A program made the translations under genes and the position numbers. The notes beneath the pieces were generated by a model that was not told the origin of the DNA, searched no databases, and saw only the letters and a program-made list of their open reading frames with translations. Shown here one piece after another: positions 1-9,191 of a stretch of 64,000 nt of DNA. Within the stretch, counting starts at the first letter, position 1. Every line of letters starts with the position of its first letter. Source of the DNA: Dehalococcoidia bacterium (GTDB taxonomy: Bacteria > Chloroflexota > Dehalococcoidia > Lucifugimonadales > SAR202-VII-2); NCBI GenBank assembly GCA_965226745.1, contig CBDDDS010000002.1, positions 193,311 through 257,310 on the forward strand. Reading direction: 5' to 3'.

Positions 1-213
1 CCTACCTGTAGCTGTGACCTAACTGTCGCCAAAAGCAACGCAAACAATCAAAAGCAGCGCAGACAATCAAACAGCGCATACCCCAAGCGAGACGTCCCAT
101 CTGGCCCTCCCCACCCCTGGCGAACGGGCGGGTCCATGCCGTCCCAGGGCCAATGGCTGAAGCCCTCCGGGCCCTCCTCGAGGCCGTGGTACAATGCCCG
201 CCGGGAGGGCTAC

Positions 214-1080
214 ATGAAGGTCCGTAAGGCAGTCGTTGCAGCCGCCGGCTTCGGTACCCGGTTCTTGCCCGCCAGCAAAACCGTGCCGAAGGAGATGCTG
301 CCCCTCCTGGACAAACCACTCATCCACTACACCGCCGCCGAAGCCGCGGCCTCCGGAATCGAGCACCTGATCATCGTCACCTCCCGCGGCAAGGAGACGA
401 TGGCCGACTACTTCGACAGGTCCCCCGACCTCGAACGAACGTTGCAGGAAAAGGGCCGGTCTCACCTCCTGGCGGAAGTGCGCGATCTCTACGAGCGCCT
501 GCAGCCGGCCTACGTCCGCCAGCACGAGCAGCTTGGCCTCGGACACGCCGTCCTGGCCGCCCGCAAGGCCGTGGGCGACGAGCCCTTCGCAGTCTTCCTC
601 CCGGACGACGTCATCATCAGCCCGCAGCGGCCCGCCTTGGCCCAAATGCTCGACGTCTTCGAGGGGCGCGGCGGCAGCGTCGTCGCCGTTCAGTCGCTGC
701 CCAGGGAAGAGCTTTCCAGCTACGGCGTCGTCGACGGACGGACGGTGGCCGATGGGATCACCCGGATCGAAGGGCTTGTGGAAAAGCCCCGCCCGGAGGA
801 CGCCCCATCCAACCTTGGCATCGTTGGCAGATACGTCTTCACGCCAGAGATCTTCGACTGCCTTGAGCGCACCCAACCGGGCGCGGGCGGCGAGATCCAA
901 CTCACCGACGGCATGGCCCTGCTGGCGCAGCGGCAGCCCGTGTTCGCCTACGAGTTCGCCGGCGCCCGCTTCGACGCGGGCAACCCTATGGGCATGCTCA
1001 AGGCGTCGCTGGCCGTGGCCCTCCAACGGGAGGACGCGGCCCCCGAGGTCCGCGATTGGCTGAAGGGTCTGACCCTCTAG
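214..1080 (+). CDS. galU: UTP--glucose-1-phosphate uridylyltransferase
   Basis: ORF 136..1080. The likely start is ATG 214. MKVRKAVVAAAGFGTRFLPASKTVPKEMLP is the N-terminal nucleotidyltransferase motif of the GalU family. Confidence 0.9.
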   Translation: MKVRKAVVAAAGFGTRFLPASKTVPKEMLPLLDKPLIHYTAAEAAASGIEHLIIVTSRGKETMADYFDRSPDLERTLQEKGRSHLLAEVRDLYERLQPAYVRQHEQLGLGHAVLAARKAVGDEPFAVFLPDDVIISPQRPALAQMLDVFEGRGGSVVAVQSLPREELSSYGVVDGRTVADGITRIEGLVEKPRPEDAPSNLGIVGRYVFTPEIFDCLERTQPGAGGEIQLTDGMALLAQRQPVFAYEFAGARFDAGNPMGMLKASLAVALQREDAAPEVRDWLKGLTL

Positions 1081-1151
1081 CTTGGCGGCAGCGTTCCGGA
1101 TTGCGCCGCTAGGGGCGGCGCTCCCATGGGATGCGGGCGCATTTCCCGAAC

Positions 1152-2379
1152 TCAGGCCCGGCGCCCCGCCATGAGCCGCAGGCTCAACACCGCCAGCACC
1201 GCCAGCAAAGCCGTCGCAACCCACGCCATCTGGTAGTCGCCGTCCGCCCGGTCCACCATCAGGCCAAAGGCCGGGGGGATGGCCATCGGCCCGAACCGGA
1301 GCAACGTCCCATTGAACCCCAGCGCCGTGCCGGTTAGCTCGGGGCCCCCCTACCTTGGCGATGTGCGTATAGAAGAGCCCCTGAAAGGCCGCCACCGTCA
1401 GCCCCAGTCCGCACACCAGCGCCCATACCAGGGCCCTCGGGGATTCGGGGGTCAGGAGGGCCATCGCCAGCAGCACAAGGCCCGCCAGCGAAAAGATGAT
1501 GAGCAGCACCGGCAGCCGTCGGCTCTTCATTGGACCGTCGCTGAAGGCGCCCCACATGATGCGCCCCACGACGCTGGACAGGTGGAAGGCCGCCAACCCC
1601 AGCCCGGCCACCGCCACCGAGAGCCCCATGGCCTCCCGTAGAAACAGGATCAGGTAGGTCACGTTCACAAAGAACAGACCAATCATGATGATGGACACCA
1701 GGGATGCCCCCAGCATGCGCCGGTCCAGGGCAACCAGCCTGAGCCCCTCGAGGAACGGATACCGCTCCCTGTCCGTCGCGGCGGCGGAGGGCCTCTGCCG
1801 GTAAAGCGCGCCAACGGCGAGGCCGGCCATCAGCGCCACCGACCCCAGGCCAAGGAGCACCGGACGCCATCCAATCCCATCGGCCAATGTCGGAAGCAAG
1901 GCGGCGCTGGCCATGCCGGTAGCCGGGACGGCCGCCTGCTTCAGTCCCATGGCCAGGCCCCGCAGTCGCCGCGGGGCCCACTCCAGCACCATCATGCTCG
2001 CCGCCGGGTTGCTGACGGGGAGCAGGGCGCCCATGAAGGCAGCCGTCAGCAGGATGTGCCAAAAGGCGTCGCCTAGGGAGAAGGTCATGAAGCCCAGACC
2101 CATGAGACCCAGCATCAGCGGGTAGACCCGGCGAATGGTGAAGCGGTCCAGGGCCCACCCGCCGGGCAGCGCCGTGACCGTCCCCGCAGCAAAGACCGAC
2201 GTAGTAATGAGGCCCAGTTGCCAACGGCTCAGGAGGAGCTCCTCCTGGATGAAGACGTAGACCGTGGACAGGCCCTGCGTCGCGGTGGCGCCAGCGCCCT
2301 TGGACGCGAAGGCTAGGGCCACCGCCGCCAGTGGGTACCATCGCCAGGCCGTCAGCATGTTCGACGTCTTCTCAGCCAC
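1152..2379 (-). pseudogene. MFS transporter with an apparent single-base frameshift
   Basis: The first ~343 codons of track ORF 67..2379 are MFS-like hydrophobic repeats. After the GGGGGGCCCC run (1341..1350 on the + strand) the MFS-like C-terminus (PELTGTALGFNGTLLRFGPMAIPPAFGLMVD...LRLMAGRRA*) continues in another frame to TGA at 1152..1154. The total is 1228 nt, which is 3n+1. Confidence 0.7.
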
Positions 2380-2539
2380 GGCCCCATTGTACGCGAGGAG
2401 AAGGTGTGGGCCGGGGGAAGGTGGCGGCGTCCTGCGTCGATCTCCGCCCCCAGCGGGCAGCCTCCAGGAAGCTGACCTCGCCGCCGCCCTACCAGGACGC
2501 CCTCAGACTTGCGGGAATCGGGGACCCCGGGGCAGCGAA

Positions 2540-3844
2540 TCAGTCGGATCCCTGCCGCGGCTCTGTCGCCGGGGATCCAGCGACGAGGGGCGCCCCGCCG
2601 CCCAGTGGGCAGGCGCCACAGGCCAGCCAGCGGCAGCCGTGCCGGTAGATGTGCATCATGCCCTGCTGCTCCCTGGCCGCGATACTCATGGAACCAGCAT
2701 CCGCGAGCGCCCTCGAGCGGAACTCCTTCGTCAGCTCGTTCTCTTCCCCTCTTGGCAGGATTGCATAGGAGTCCTGGGCGGCCTTGGCCAAGGAGCGGTC
2801 CTTGCGACGCAGCGCCAGGGAGTAGAAGAACGGCAGAATGACGTTGGCCGTCATGTCCAGTGCCCTGCCGCGGCCCACGAGCCGCCCGCCAGCGGCCCCC
2901 TCGACTGCAAGCGCCTCCAGCAACCCTCTACCGCTACCGGCCCTCACCAGCGCTTCCAGGCCGCTCACCAGCCCCGTTGGAAGCCACCGGTGCAGCAGCA
3001 ATGCCGCGCCCAGAAGCCGGCGCCGGGGATGATTGGCCGGCCTCAGGCCCCCCAGTCTCCAGTCGGACGCCCGCAGCACCGGAGGAACGCAGCCGCCGGC
3101 TGCTGCCGCCTCCGAAAGCCCGGAGGCGTCCATCAGCGCATCACTCAGCCACTGGGCTCTGGCCCTGCCGGGGAGGGCCAGAGCCCGCCGGCGAAGCCAG
3201 GAGTACGGAAGCATCAGGGCCAGCCTGCGGAAAGGCTCGCGGTTGGCGCTGTACCCCAGCGCCTCCATCAGCCCTCTGTACAGCACCTCCTCCTCCAACG
3301 CGTGGGCTATCCGCAGCCGGAACCTGCGCGCCTTCTCTCGAAAACGGGCGTCTCCGGCCCTCCTGAGCGCCTCCTCCACCCCCTCCCGCCCCAGCCGCAG
3401 CAATGCGTCCCCGCACGGATAGCCACCGCCTGCATCAGCACCGGACGCTACGGCGCCCCGGCCCTCCAGAGCCACGGTGGGCGCCATTATGCCAAGCTCC
3501 AACTGCGCGGCGGCGGCGCCCCGGAAGACCACGTGGAGCATCACGTTGTTGTAGCGGGGGTCCCGGTGGTGGCCGTGCTCCCGCCACCCCGACGGATGCC
3601 GGTGCACCTCCACGTCGCCCACAACCAGGCGGCCGCCGCTCGTCCTTGCCACTGCGTCCCGGAAATCCGGCCCCGGGCCGCGGCCCCGCCGACCCGGCGA
3701 CACGATCCGCAGGCGTTCTCCATCAGCCTCGACGGCGACACCCCGACGCACGGCGGACTCCCACATGTCCCAGAGGTCAGCCTCGGGGGGAGCGGCCAAG
3801 GCGTAGCGGAATGGCCGCTCCCTGACCAACCGCGTCGCCGCCAT
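2540..3844 (-). CDS. DUF2851-like protein
   Basis: Distal 435 codons of ORF 2540..4369. GPDFRDAVARTSGGRLVVGDVEVHRHPSGWREHGHHRDPRYNNVMLHVV resembles the conserved DUF2851 core. I chose ATG 3844 (MAATRLV...) because earlier starts overlap the XRE gene. Confidence 0.6.
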   Translation of the reverse strand: MAATRLVRERPFRYALAAPPEADLWDMWESAVRRGVAVEADGERLRIVSPGRRGRGPGPDFRDAVARTSGGRLVVGDVEVHRHPSGWREHGHHRDPRYNNVMLHVVFRGAAAAQLELGIMAPTVALEGRGAVASGADAGGGYPCGDALLRLGREGVEEALRRAGDARFREKARRFRLRIAHALEEEVLYRGLMEALGYSANREPFRRLALMLPYSWLRRRALALPGRARAQWLSDALMDASGLSEAAAAGGCVPPVLRASDWRLGGLRPANHPRRRLLGAALLLHRWLPTGLVSGLEALVRAGSGRGLLEALAVEGAAGGRLVGRGRALDMTANVILPFFYSLALRRKDRSLAKAAQDSYAILPRGEENELTKEFRSRALADAGSMSIAAREQQGMMHIYRHGCRWLACGACPLGGGAPLVAGSPATEPRQGSD

Positions 3845-4004
3845 TGCCGCCTCCCGGCCAATCCGCGGCGCCCCTGTCCCCACCGGCGTAGCGGAAGCCA
3901 GCCTCCCCGACGATGCGGGATAGGATCGACCGGTTGACGCCCCAATCGCGTGGCGGCGTGCGTCCTCACTGACCACGGTCGGCAACTTCACCAGCGCCTC
4001 CAAG

Positions 4005-4271
4005 TCAATCCGCGTCCCCGATGTGTGTTTCCCCATAGCGGAAGCCAGCCTCCTCAGCGATGCGGGACAGCATCGACCGGCTGATGCCGCGGGGGCGGTA
4101 GGCGCCTCGCTCCCACTCGCTGATGGTCTGCTGCCGGGTTCCCAGGCGGTCCGCCAACTCCGCCTGGGACAGGCGTAAATGACGCCGCAGGGCTTGCACC
4201 CTCTCCGGGTCCCAGGCGGCGGACGCCGGGCGTCTGTGCTGCGGATAGTCAACCATGAAGCCAGAGTACAC
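4005..4271 (-). CDS. XRE-family helix-turn-helix transcriptional regulator
   Basis: LRLSQAELADRLGTRQQTISEWERG is a classic HTH_XRE signature. An alternative start is ATG 4256. Confidence 0.8.
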   Translation of the reverse strand: MYSGFMVDYPQHRRPASAAWDPERVQALRRHLRLSQAELADRLGTRQQTISEWERGAYRPRGISRSMLSRIAEEAGFRYGETHIGDAD

Positions 4272-4389
4272 GAAACCGTGTAGCCAGACAAGAAACGGCG
4301 CTCTTGGAAGCAGCTTCCACCGGCCCCCTCAGAACGCGCAATGCGGGTGAAGACCGTGTAGAATCGCACTGATAAACCGAGGAGGCTAC

Positions 4390-5343
4390 ATGGAGACCAG
4401 AACGTTCGGAGGGCTTTGGGACGTCAGCGCGCTGACCCTGGGCGGCGGCGGCATCGGCCAGGTGTGGGGCGCGACGACGCGGGAGGAGGCCGTGGCCACG
4501 ACCCGAGAGGCGGTCGAAGCTGGGATCACGCTGTTGGATGTGGCGCCCCTCTATGGCCAGGGAGAAGCGGAGGTCGTGATTGGCGAGGCCTTCGGGGGCA
4601 GGCTGCCCCCAGGAGTTCGCGTGAGCACCAAGTGCCGGCTCGACAACCGCCCCGCCGCCGAGGTCGCCGCCACCTTGGAGGCCAGCCTGCGGGAGAGTCT
4701 GCGGAGAATGCGTCTCGAGCGCGTCGACGTCTTCTTCCTCCACAGCCAGGTCATCCAGGACGACGTCGAAAACCCGCACCAGAGCACGCCATTGAGTCTG
4801 CTTCGGGAAGCGGCCGCGCCGGCGCTCGCGATGATGCGGGAACAAGGTTGGATCGGCGCATGGGGCATGTCGGCCATCGGCGTCCCATCAGCGTTGCTCC
4901 AGGTCCTGGAGGACGGCCGGGCCCCGCAGGCAATCCAGGCCATCGCCAACTGCCTGGATTCACCCGGCGCTCTCAGACGCTACGACGAGCCGGACCGCCC
5001 CCGGGACATCATCGAGGCGGCGGTGCGGCGGGACGTCGCGGTCATGGGCATCAGAGCGGTGCAGGCCGGCGCCCTCACCGACGCGCTGGACAGGCCTCTC
5101 CCCGACGACCATCCGGAGATGGTCGATTTCCGCCGCGCCGCGCCTTTCCGGGCCATTGCCCAGGAGATCGGGGAAGCGCCCGCCGCCCTGGCGCACCGGT
5201 ACTCCCTTACGATGAAGGGCGTCGACACCGTGGTGCTGGGCGTCAAGAACCGGCGGGAGCTTCGGGAGTGCGTCGAAGCGGCGGAACGAGGTCCCCTAGA
5301 CCCAGAGCTGATGGCCCGCATCGACCAGGCGGTGGGCCGATAG
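4390..5343 (+). CDS. aldo/keto reductase
   Basis: 317-aa ORF. The LGGGGIGQVWG...EAVEAGITLLDVAPLYGQGEAEVVIGEA pattern is typical of the AKR family. Confidence 0.85.
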   Translation: METRTFGGLWDVSALTLGGGGIGQVWGATTREEAVATTREAVEAGITLLDVAPLYGQGEAEVVIGEAFGGRLPPGVRVSTKCRLDNRPAAEVAATLEASLRESLRRMRLERVDVFFLHSQVIQDDVENPHQSTPLSLLREAAAPALAMMREQGWIGAWGMSAIGVPSALLQVLEDGRAPQAIQAIANCLDSPGALRRYDEPDRPRDIIEAAVRRDVAVMGIRAVQAGALTDALDRPLPDDHPEMVDFRRAAPFRAIAQEIGEAPAALAHRYSLTMKGVDTVVLGVKNRRELRECVEAAERGPLDPELMARIDQAVGR

Positions 5344-5422
5344 CGTTGGCCGCGCGCCGTTGAAGAAGACCTTTGCAGAACCGGCGATGCCTCGCATCAA
5401 CCCGGTGGTGTACGACGCAATC

Positions 5423-5445
5423 CCTGCCCCCGACTACGGGGCAGG
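5423..5445. repeat. REP-like GC hairpin (family H3)
   Basis: CCTGCCCC-cgactac-GGGGCAGG lies between two convergent genes. It has the same consensus as the copies at 12588, 13034, 35554, 35658, 38783 and 57889. Confidence 0.6.
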
Positions 5446-5534
5446 TTGGGATAGAGGTCGCTGGGTAGTGCGGGAAACTCGGCGCAGGAGTTCTGCAATG
5501 GTTTCTAACGGGACGGGGTTCCGCCCGCGTCCGC

Positions 5535-6521
5535 TCAGGGATGCCGCCCATCAATCCCGGGAGGTGATGCCGGGCCTTCCAGCAGCGGCAGCACCTCCCG
5601 GGTGAACGTCTCGAGTTGCTCTAGGTAGCGGAACGAAGCGAACCGCACGACCACGGTTCCGGCCCCTGCCCTGGCGTACTGCGATATGCGCTCGGCCACG
5701 GCTTCAGGCCTGCCAAATGGCCCCCACCGGTCGCCCCAGTGGTTCACCCCGTAGTAGCGCATCAGAAAGGCGTTGGCCTCCTCCGACGCCCTTCCGGCGT
5801 CGGCGTCCAGGGCTACGGTCATGTAGAAGACCGTCTGGAGCTCGGCGGGGTCCCTGCCCTCCTCCCTGGCGTAGCCCCATACAGCGTCCCGGATGGCCGC
5901 AAACTCCTCGGGGGACGCCGTGATGGATATGAACCCATCTCCCAGGCAAGCCGCCCGCCGGAGCTGGCGCTCCGAGCCCGTATGGCTGTGGCAAGCCGTC
6001 AGCAGTGGCGCGCTCCCGTTGTGAGGCAGGGGGCGCACTGTCACCGGGTCGAAGCGGAAGTGGCGGCCCTCATGGGCAAACTCCCGTCCGGTCCACAGGC
6101 CGCGAAGAATCTGGATTGTCTCCTCCAAGCGGGCCCCGCGCTCGCCGGCGGGCACACCCGCGGCGGCCCATTCCCGCCGCATTTCCTCGGTGAACGCGCC
6201 TCCAACACCCATGCCGAGCACCAACCGCCCCCGCGATAGGTAGTCCACGGAGCCGATGACGTGCGCCAGTGGAACGGGATGCCTAAGGCTGGGCAGCAGG
6301 ACCGCCGTGCCCAGCCTTAGGCGGCTGGTCCGTGCGGCGATGGCCGCCAGCGTCGTCAGAGGGTCCAGCCGGGGCTTCGACGTGATGCTGTCTCCCACCC
6401 ACGCGGAGTCGAATCCTGCGGACTCGGCCAGCTCCGCCATGGCCAGCAACAGGCCGGCGTCGGGAGGCCCGCCATCCTGGGTCTCGAGGCCTCTGGTTGG
6501 CAACAGAACGCCGACGCGCAT
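5535..6521 (-). CDS. LLM-class (luciferase-like) flavin/F420-dependent oxidoreductase
   Basis: 328-aa ORF. AESAGFDSAWVGDS...RLRLGTAVLLPSLRHP...GRLVLGMGVGG is typical of luciferase-like monooxygenases. Confidence 0.85.
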   Translation of the reverse strand: MRVGVLLPTRGLETQDGGPPDAGLLLAMAELAESAGFDSAWVGDSITSKPRLDPLTTLAAIAARTSRLRLGTAVLLPSLRHPVPLAHVIGSVDYLSRGRLVLGMGVGGAFTEEMRREWAAAGVPAGERGARLEETIQILRGLWTGREFAHEGRHFRFDPVTVRPLPHNGSAPLLTACHSHTGSERQLRRAACLGDGFISITASPEEFAAIRDAVWGYAREEGRDPAELQTVFYMTVALDADAGRASEEANAFLMRYYGVNHWGDRWGPFGRPEAVAERISQYARAGAGTVVVRFASFRYLEQLETFTREVLPLLEGPASPPGIDGRHP

Positions 6522-6630
6522 GGAACCCTCCTAGGACGCCTTTGACCCATCCTACACGCTGCAATACCCGGCAGCAGCCCGCTCAGTGCCCTTCGCTCCC
6601 ATGTTGAAGCCAAATCCAGACTGGAAACGG

Positions 6631-6659
6631 TTGACGAATCGCGGGAATCGTGAGATAAA
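6631..6659 (+). promoter_or_regulatory. sigma70-like promoter candidate
   Basis: TTGACG, a 17-nt spacer, then GATAAA, located 44 nt upstream of the small ORF at 6703. Confidence 0.3.
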
Positions 6660-6702
6660 CGATGTAGCCTTGTCCATCTAGCCTTGCCTCCAGGAGGGTT
6701 CC

Positions 6703-6843
6703 ATGCAGGGATACTGCGTCAAGTGCCGAGCTTCGCGAGACATCAAGGACGCCAAGTCCATCACCATGAAGAATGGCCGCCCCGCGACGCAGGGCACCTG
6801 CCCGGTGTGCGGCACCAAGATGTTCCGGATCGGCAAAGCGTAG
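6703..6843 (+). CDS. small zinc-ribbon protein (DUF5679-like), 46 aa
   Basis: Absent from the track because it is under 60 aa. It encodes MQGYCVKCRASRDIKDAKSITMKNGRPATQGTCPVCGTKMFRIGKA, with CxxC...CxxC motifs. A GGAGG lies 6 nt upstream of the ATG. Confidence 0.6.
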   Translation: MQGYCVKCRASRDIKDAKSITMKNGRPATQGTCPVCGTKMFRIGKA

Positions 6844-7440
6844 CCGCGCCGCCCAGCCACTTGTCTGGGGGCTGACGCCCATCCAAGCGTCCGCCCCCGG
6901 CGACGGTCGCCCTCCGGCGCTGGGCGGGCTGACTGCATGGCTCTAGCTACGGAACGAGGCTCCCTGTGAGGGAGCGCCGGTTTATTACGCAGGGCTTTGT
7001 TGCGCGCGTGGAGGGCTAGGAGTTGTTGCGATAAGCGGGAGGCGGAGTCTGCGGACTCTTCCCCCTCACGTTCCTTGAGAACCGGGCTCTCCGAGCGCGG
7101 CCCCCGCTACCCTCAACTGGATACTTGATCCCCTCCCCGGTCAGGCGCCCTAGGAGTTTCCGCCTGACTGTTCACGAAGAAATCTGCCTGCCCTGGCTCG
7201 CGCCAAGCCCGCGGCTGCCAGCCTTCCCCTTGCCCTGGATGCCCTTCTGCGCCGGCCCTCTGAGCGCGTGCGCGAACAGCGCCCGAAGCCGATTGTTTCC
7301 CGATTGACCTCGGTGAGGCGGCCCGTGTTCCGTAAGGGGTTTGCAACACCAGCGGGGCGAGCATGATCCAGCAAAGTGCGGACCCCCGCGGGGCGCTTCC
7401 TGCTCACAACGCGCTGCGCATGCCTCCACCGGGCAGCCGG

Positions 7441-7761
7441 CTACGGCACAGACCTCCTGACCTTGGCCGCGGCCAGCTCGTCCAACCGCTTCAGATACCG
7501 CTCCACTGGTATGGCGGGCAGCGTGGTTATACCCACGGAGCCCCGTGCGCCGAGCTCCGCCGAGAGGTGGGTGATGGCGCCGTTGTCGGGCGCCTCCACG
7601 ATATTCACGAAGTCGTAGGCGCCAAGCACCGCATACTGTGCCACCAGCCTGCACCCGAACTCTTCGACTTCGCGGTTCACCTCCAGGAGACGGTCCGGGT
7701 TGGCGTGCAATGTGCGCCGCCCTTCCCTGGTCAGCTTGGTCAACAACACGTAGGTAGACAT
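7441..7761 (-). CDS. GYD domain protein
   Basis: 106-aa ORF. Its YVLLTKLT...VLGAYDFVNIVEAPD pattern matches the GYD family. Confidence 0.8.
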   Translation of the reverse strand: MSTYVLLTKLTREGRRTLHANPDRLLEVNREVEEFGCRLVAQYAVLGAYDFVNIVEAPDNGAITHLSAELGARGSVGITTLPAIPVERYLKRLDELAAAKVRRSVP

Positions 7762-7977
7762 GGCAGGCTCCCTCGGTGAAACCGAGCTAGAGGGTATGAA
7801 GAAAGGACTCCAATGTCAACGAGCGGAGACCCCGGCCGGCCGCTCACTGGACGCCAATGGCGCTTGAAGAGCCGCTTGACGTATCCAATGGCGTCTGGCC
7901 CAGCTTGGTTGCGCCGATTCACGCGCGCCGCGGCGTTCGCCGGCGCTCCGCGCGCGGCTATTCAGACTGGCGAGAAG

Positions 7978-9057
7978 CTAAGAAAAGCGAAAAACTCTGA
8001 TTGCCACTGCGGAGGCCAGGGCAATCCAGCCCGCCAGGATGGCCAGCTCCCCTGGAAACTCCCACAGCGGCCGCCCCTCCAGCGCCACGCCCCGCAGGGC
8101 ATCCAGCATCGGCGACAGCGGTAGGTACTCCACGATGGCCCGCAGGACGGTGGGCAGGCTGTCCCTGGGAAAGAACGCCCCCGACAGGAACATCATGGGC
8201 AGCGCGATAGCGTTGCCCATCCCACTGGCCGCCGCGGCCGTCTTCGAAAGAGCGCCCACGATGAACCCGAGGCTCAGGAACACCAGGTTGCCGAAGAGAA
8301 CAATGATGGCAATGGCAATGTAGCTGCCCTCCACCCTGGCGCCGTAGAACAGCACCCCCACTCCCAGAATGACGCCCGCCTGAAGCAGGGTCATCGCCAG
8401 GTACGCCAGCACCTGAGCCGAGAAGAAAGTGGAGATACGCAGGGGCGTGGCCTGAATCCGCTTGAGGATTCGCCGCTCCCGGAACACTGTGATCGACGAG
8501 GCCAGGCCCACGATGGAGTAGACCATGATGCCCATGCCCAGAATGCCCGGCAGAAGGAAGTCGAAGTAGTCCGCGCCAGCCGAGTAGACCCCCTCCGACT
8601 GCAGAACAAGAAGGGTCGGCGCCCCGGCAAGGGAGAGGTTGGCGTTGTCGAGGAACTGTCGAATGACCCCAACAACGAGGCCAGCCGTGGGGCTGCCCTC
8701 GTCGTAGAGGATCGTCACGTTGGCGGGAGGATTGTCCGTCACCCGTTCCTCGAGTCCGGCGGGCACGATGAGGAGGAACCCCAGGTCGCCGTCGGCAACC
8801 CCCTGCCTAGCCTTAGCCTCGTCGGCGCGGAACTCCACCTCCAGGACATCAACGTTGGCGAGGTCCCTCAGTAGACGGTCGGAGAGTGGGTCCTGGGCGT
8901 GATCGACGACGGTGATGGTTGTTACCGGAGCGCCATCGCCGATGAAGAAGCCGAACACGACGACAAACAGAAGGGGAAACGCCAGCGCCCAGAATACCGC
9001 CTGACGGTTCCGGAAGATGATCTTGAGGTTCGCGATGAAGAGACTGGGAAAGGCCAT
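7978..9057 (-). CDS. ABC-2 type transporter permease
   Basis: 359-aa multi-TM ORF located downstream of an ABC ATPase on the same strand. Confidence 0.85.
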   Translation of the reverse strand: MAFPSLFIANLKIIFRNRQAVFWALAFPLLFVVVFGFFIGDGAPVTTITVVDHAQDPLSDRLLRDLANVDVLEVEFRADEAKARQGVADGDLGFLLIVPAGLEERVTDNPPANVTILYDEGSPTAGLVVGVIRQFLDNANLSLAGAPTLLVLQSEGVYSAGADYFDFLLPGILGMGIMVYSIVGLASSITVFRERRILKRIQATPLRISTFFSAQVLAYLAMTLLQAGVILGVGVLFYGARVEGSYIAIAIIVLFGNLVFLSLGFIVGALSKTAAAASGMGNAIALPMMFLSGAFFPRDSLPTVLRAIVEYLPLSPMLDALRGVALEGRPLWEFPGELAILAGWIALASAVAIRVFRFS

Positions 9058-9191
9058 GGTCCGGCGCCCCTGTTCATTTCATTGTTTCGCCGCGGCTGTA
9101 GCCACCGCTGCCCGCTTCAGGGCCGGCGCTTGGGCCAAGCGACTGTGCCCCGCGCCGAGTCCTTCCCGGGGGACGAGGGGGTGACGCCGCC

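Noticed and set aside
67-2379. The 770-aa ORF considered as one large protein.
   Set aside because: Only the first ~343 residues look like a protein (MFS). The remainder is a low-complexity Gly/Pro/Arg read-through lying antisense to galU. It is better explained as a frameshifted MFS gene ending at 1152.
6940-7140. The structured intergenic stretch considered as RNase P RNA, tmRNA, SRP RNA or a TPP or cobalamin riboswitch.
   Set aside because: None of the hallmark conserved strings I know is present. These are GAGGAAAGUCC for RNase P, the tRNA-like UCCACCA end and tag ORF for tmRNA, GGAAGCAGCC for SRP, CUGAGA for TPP, and the B12 box.
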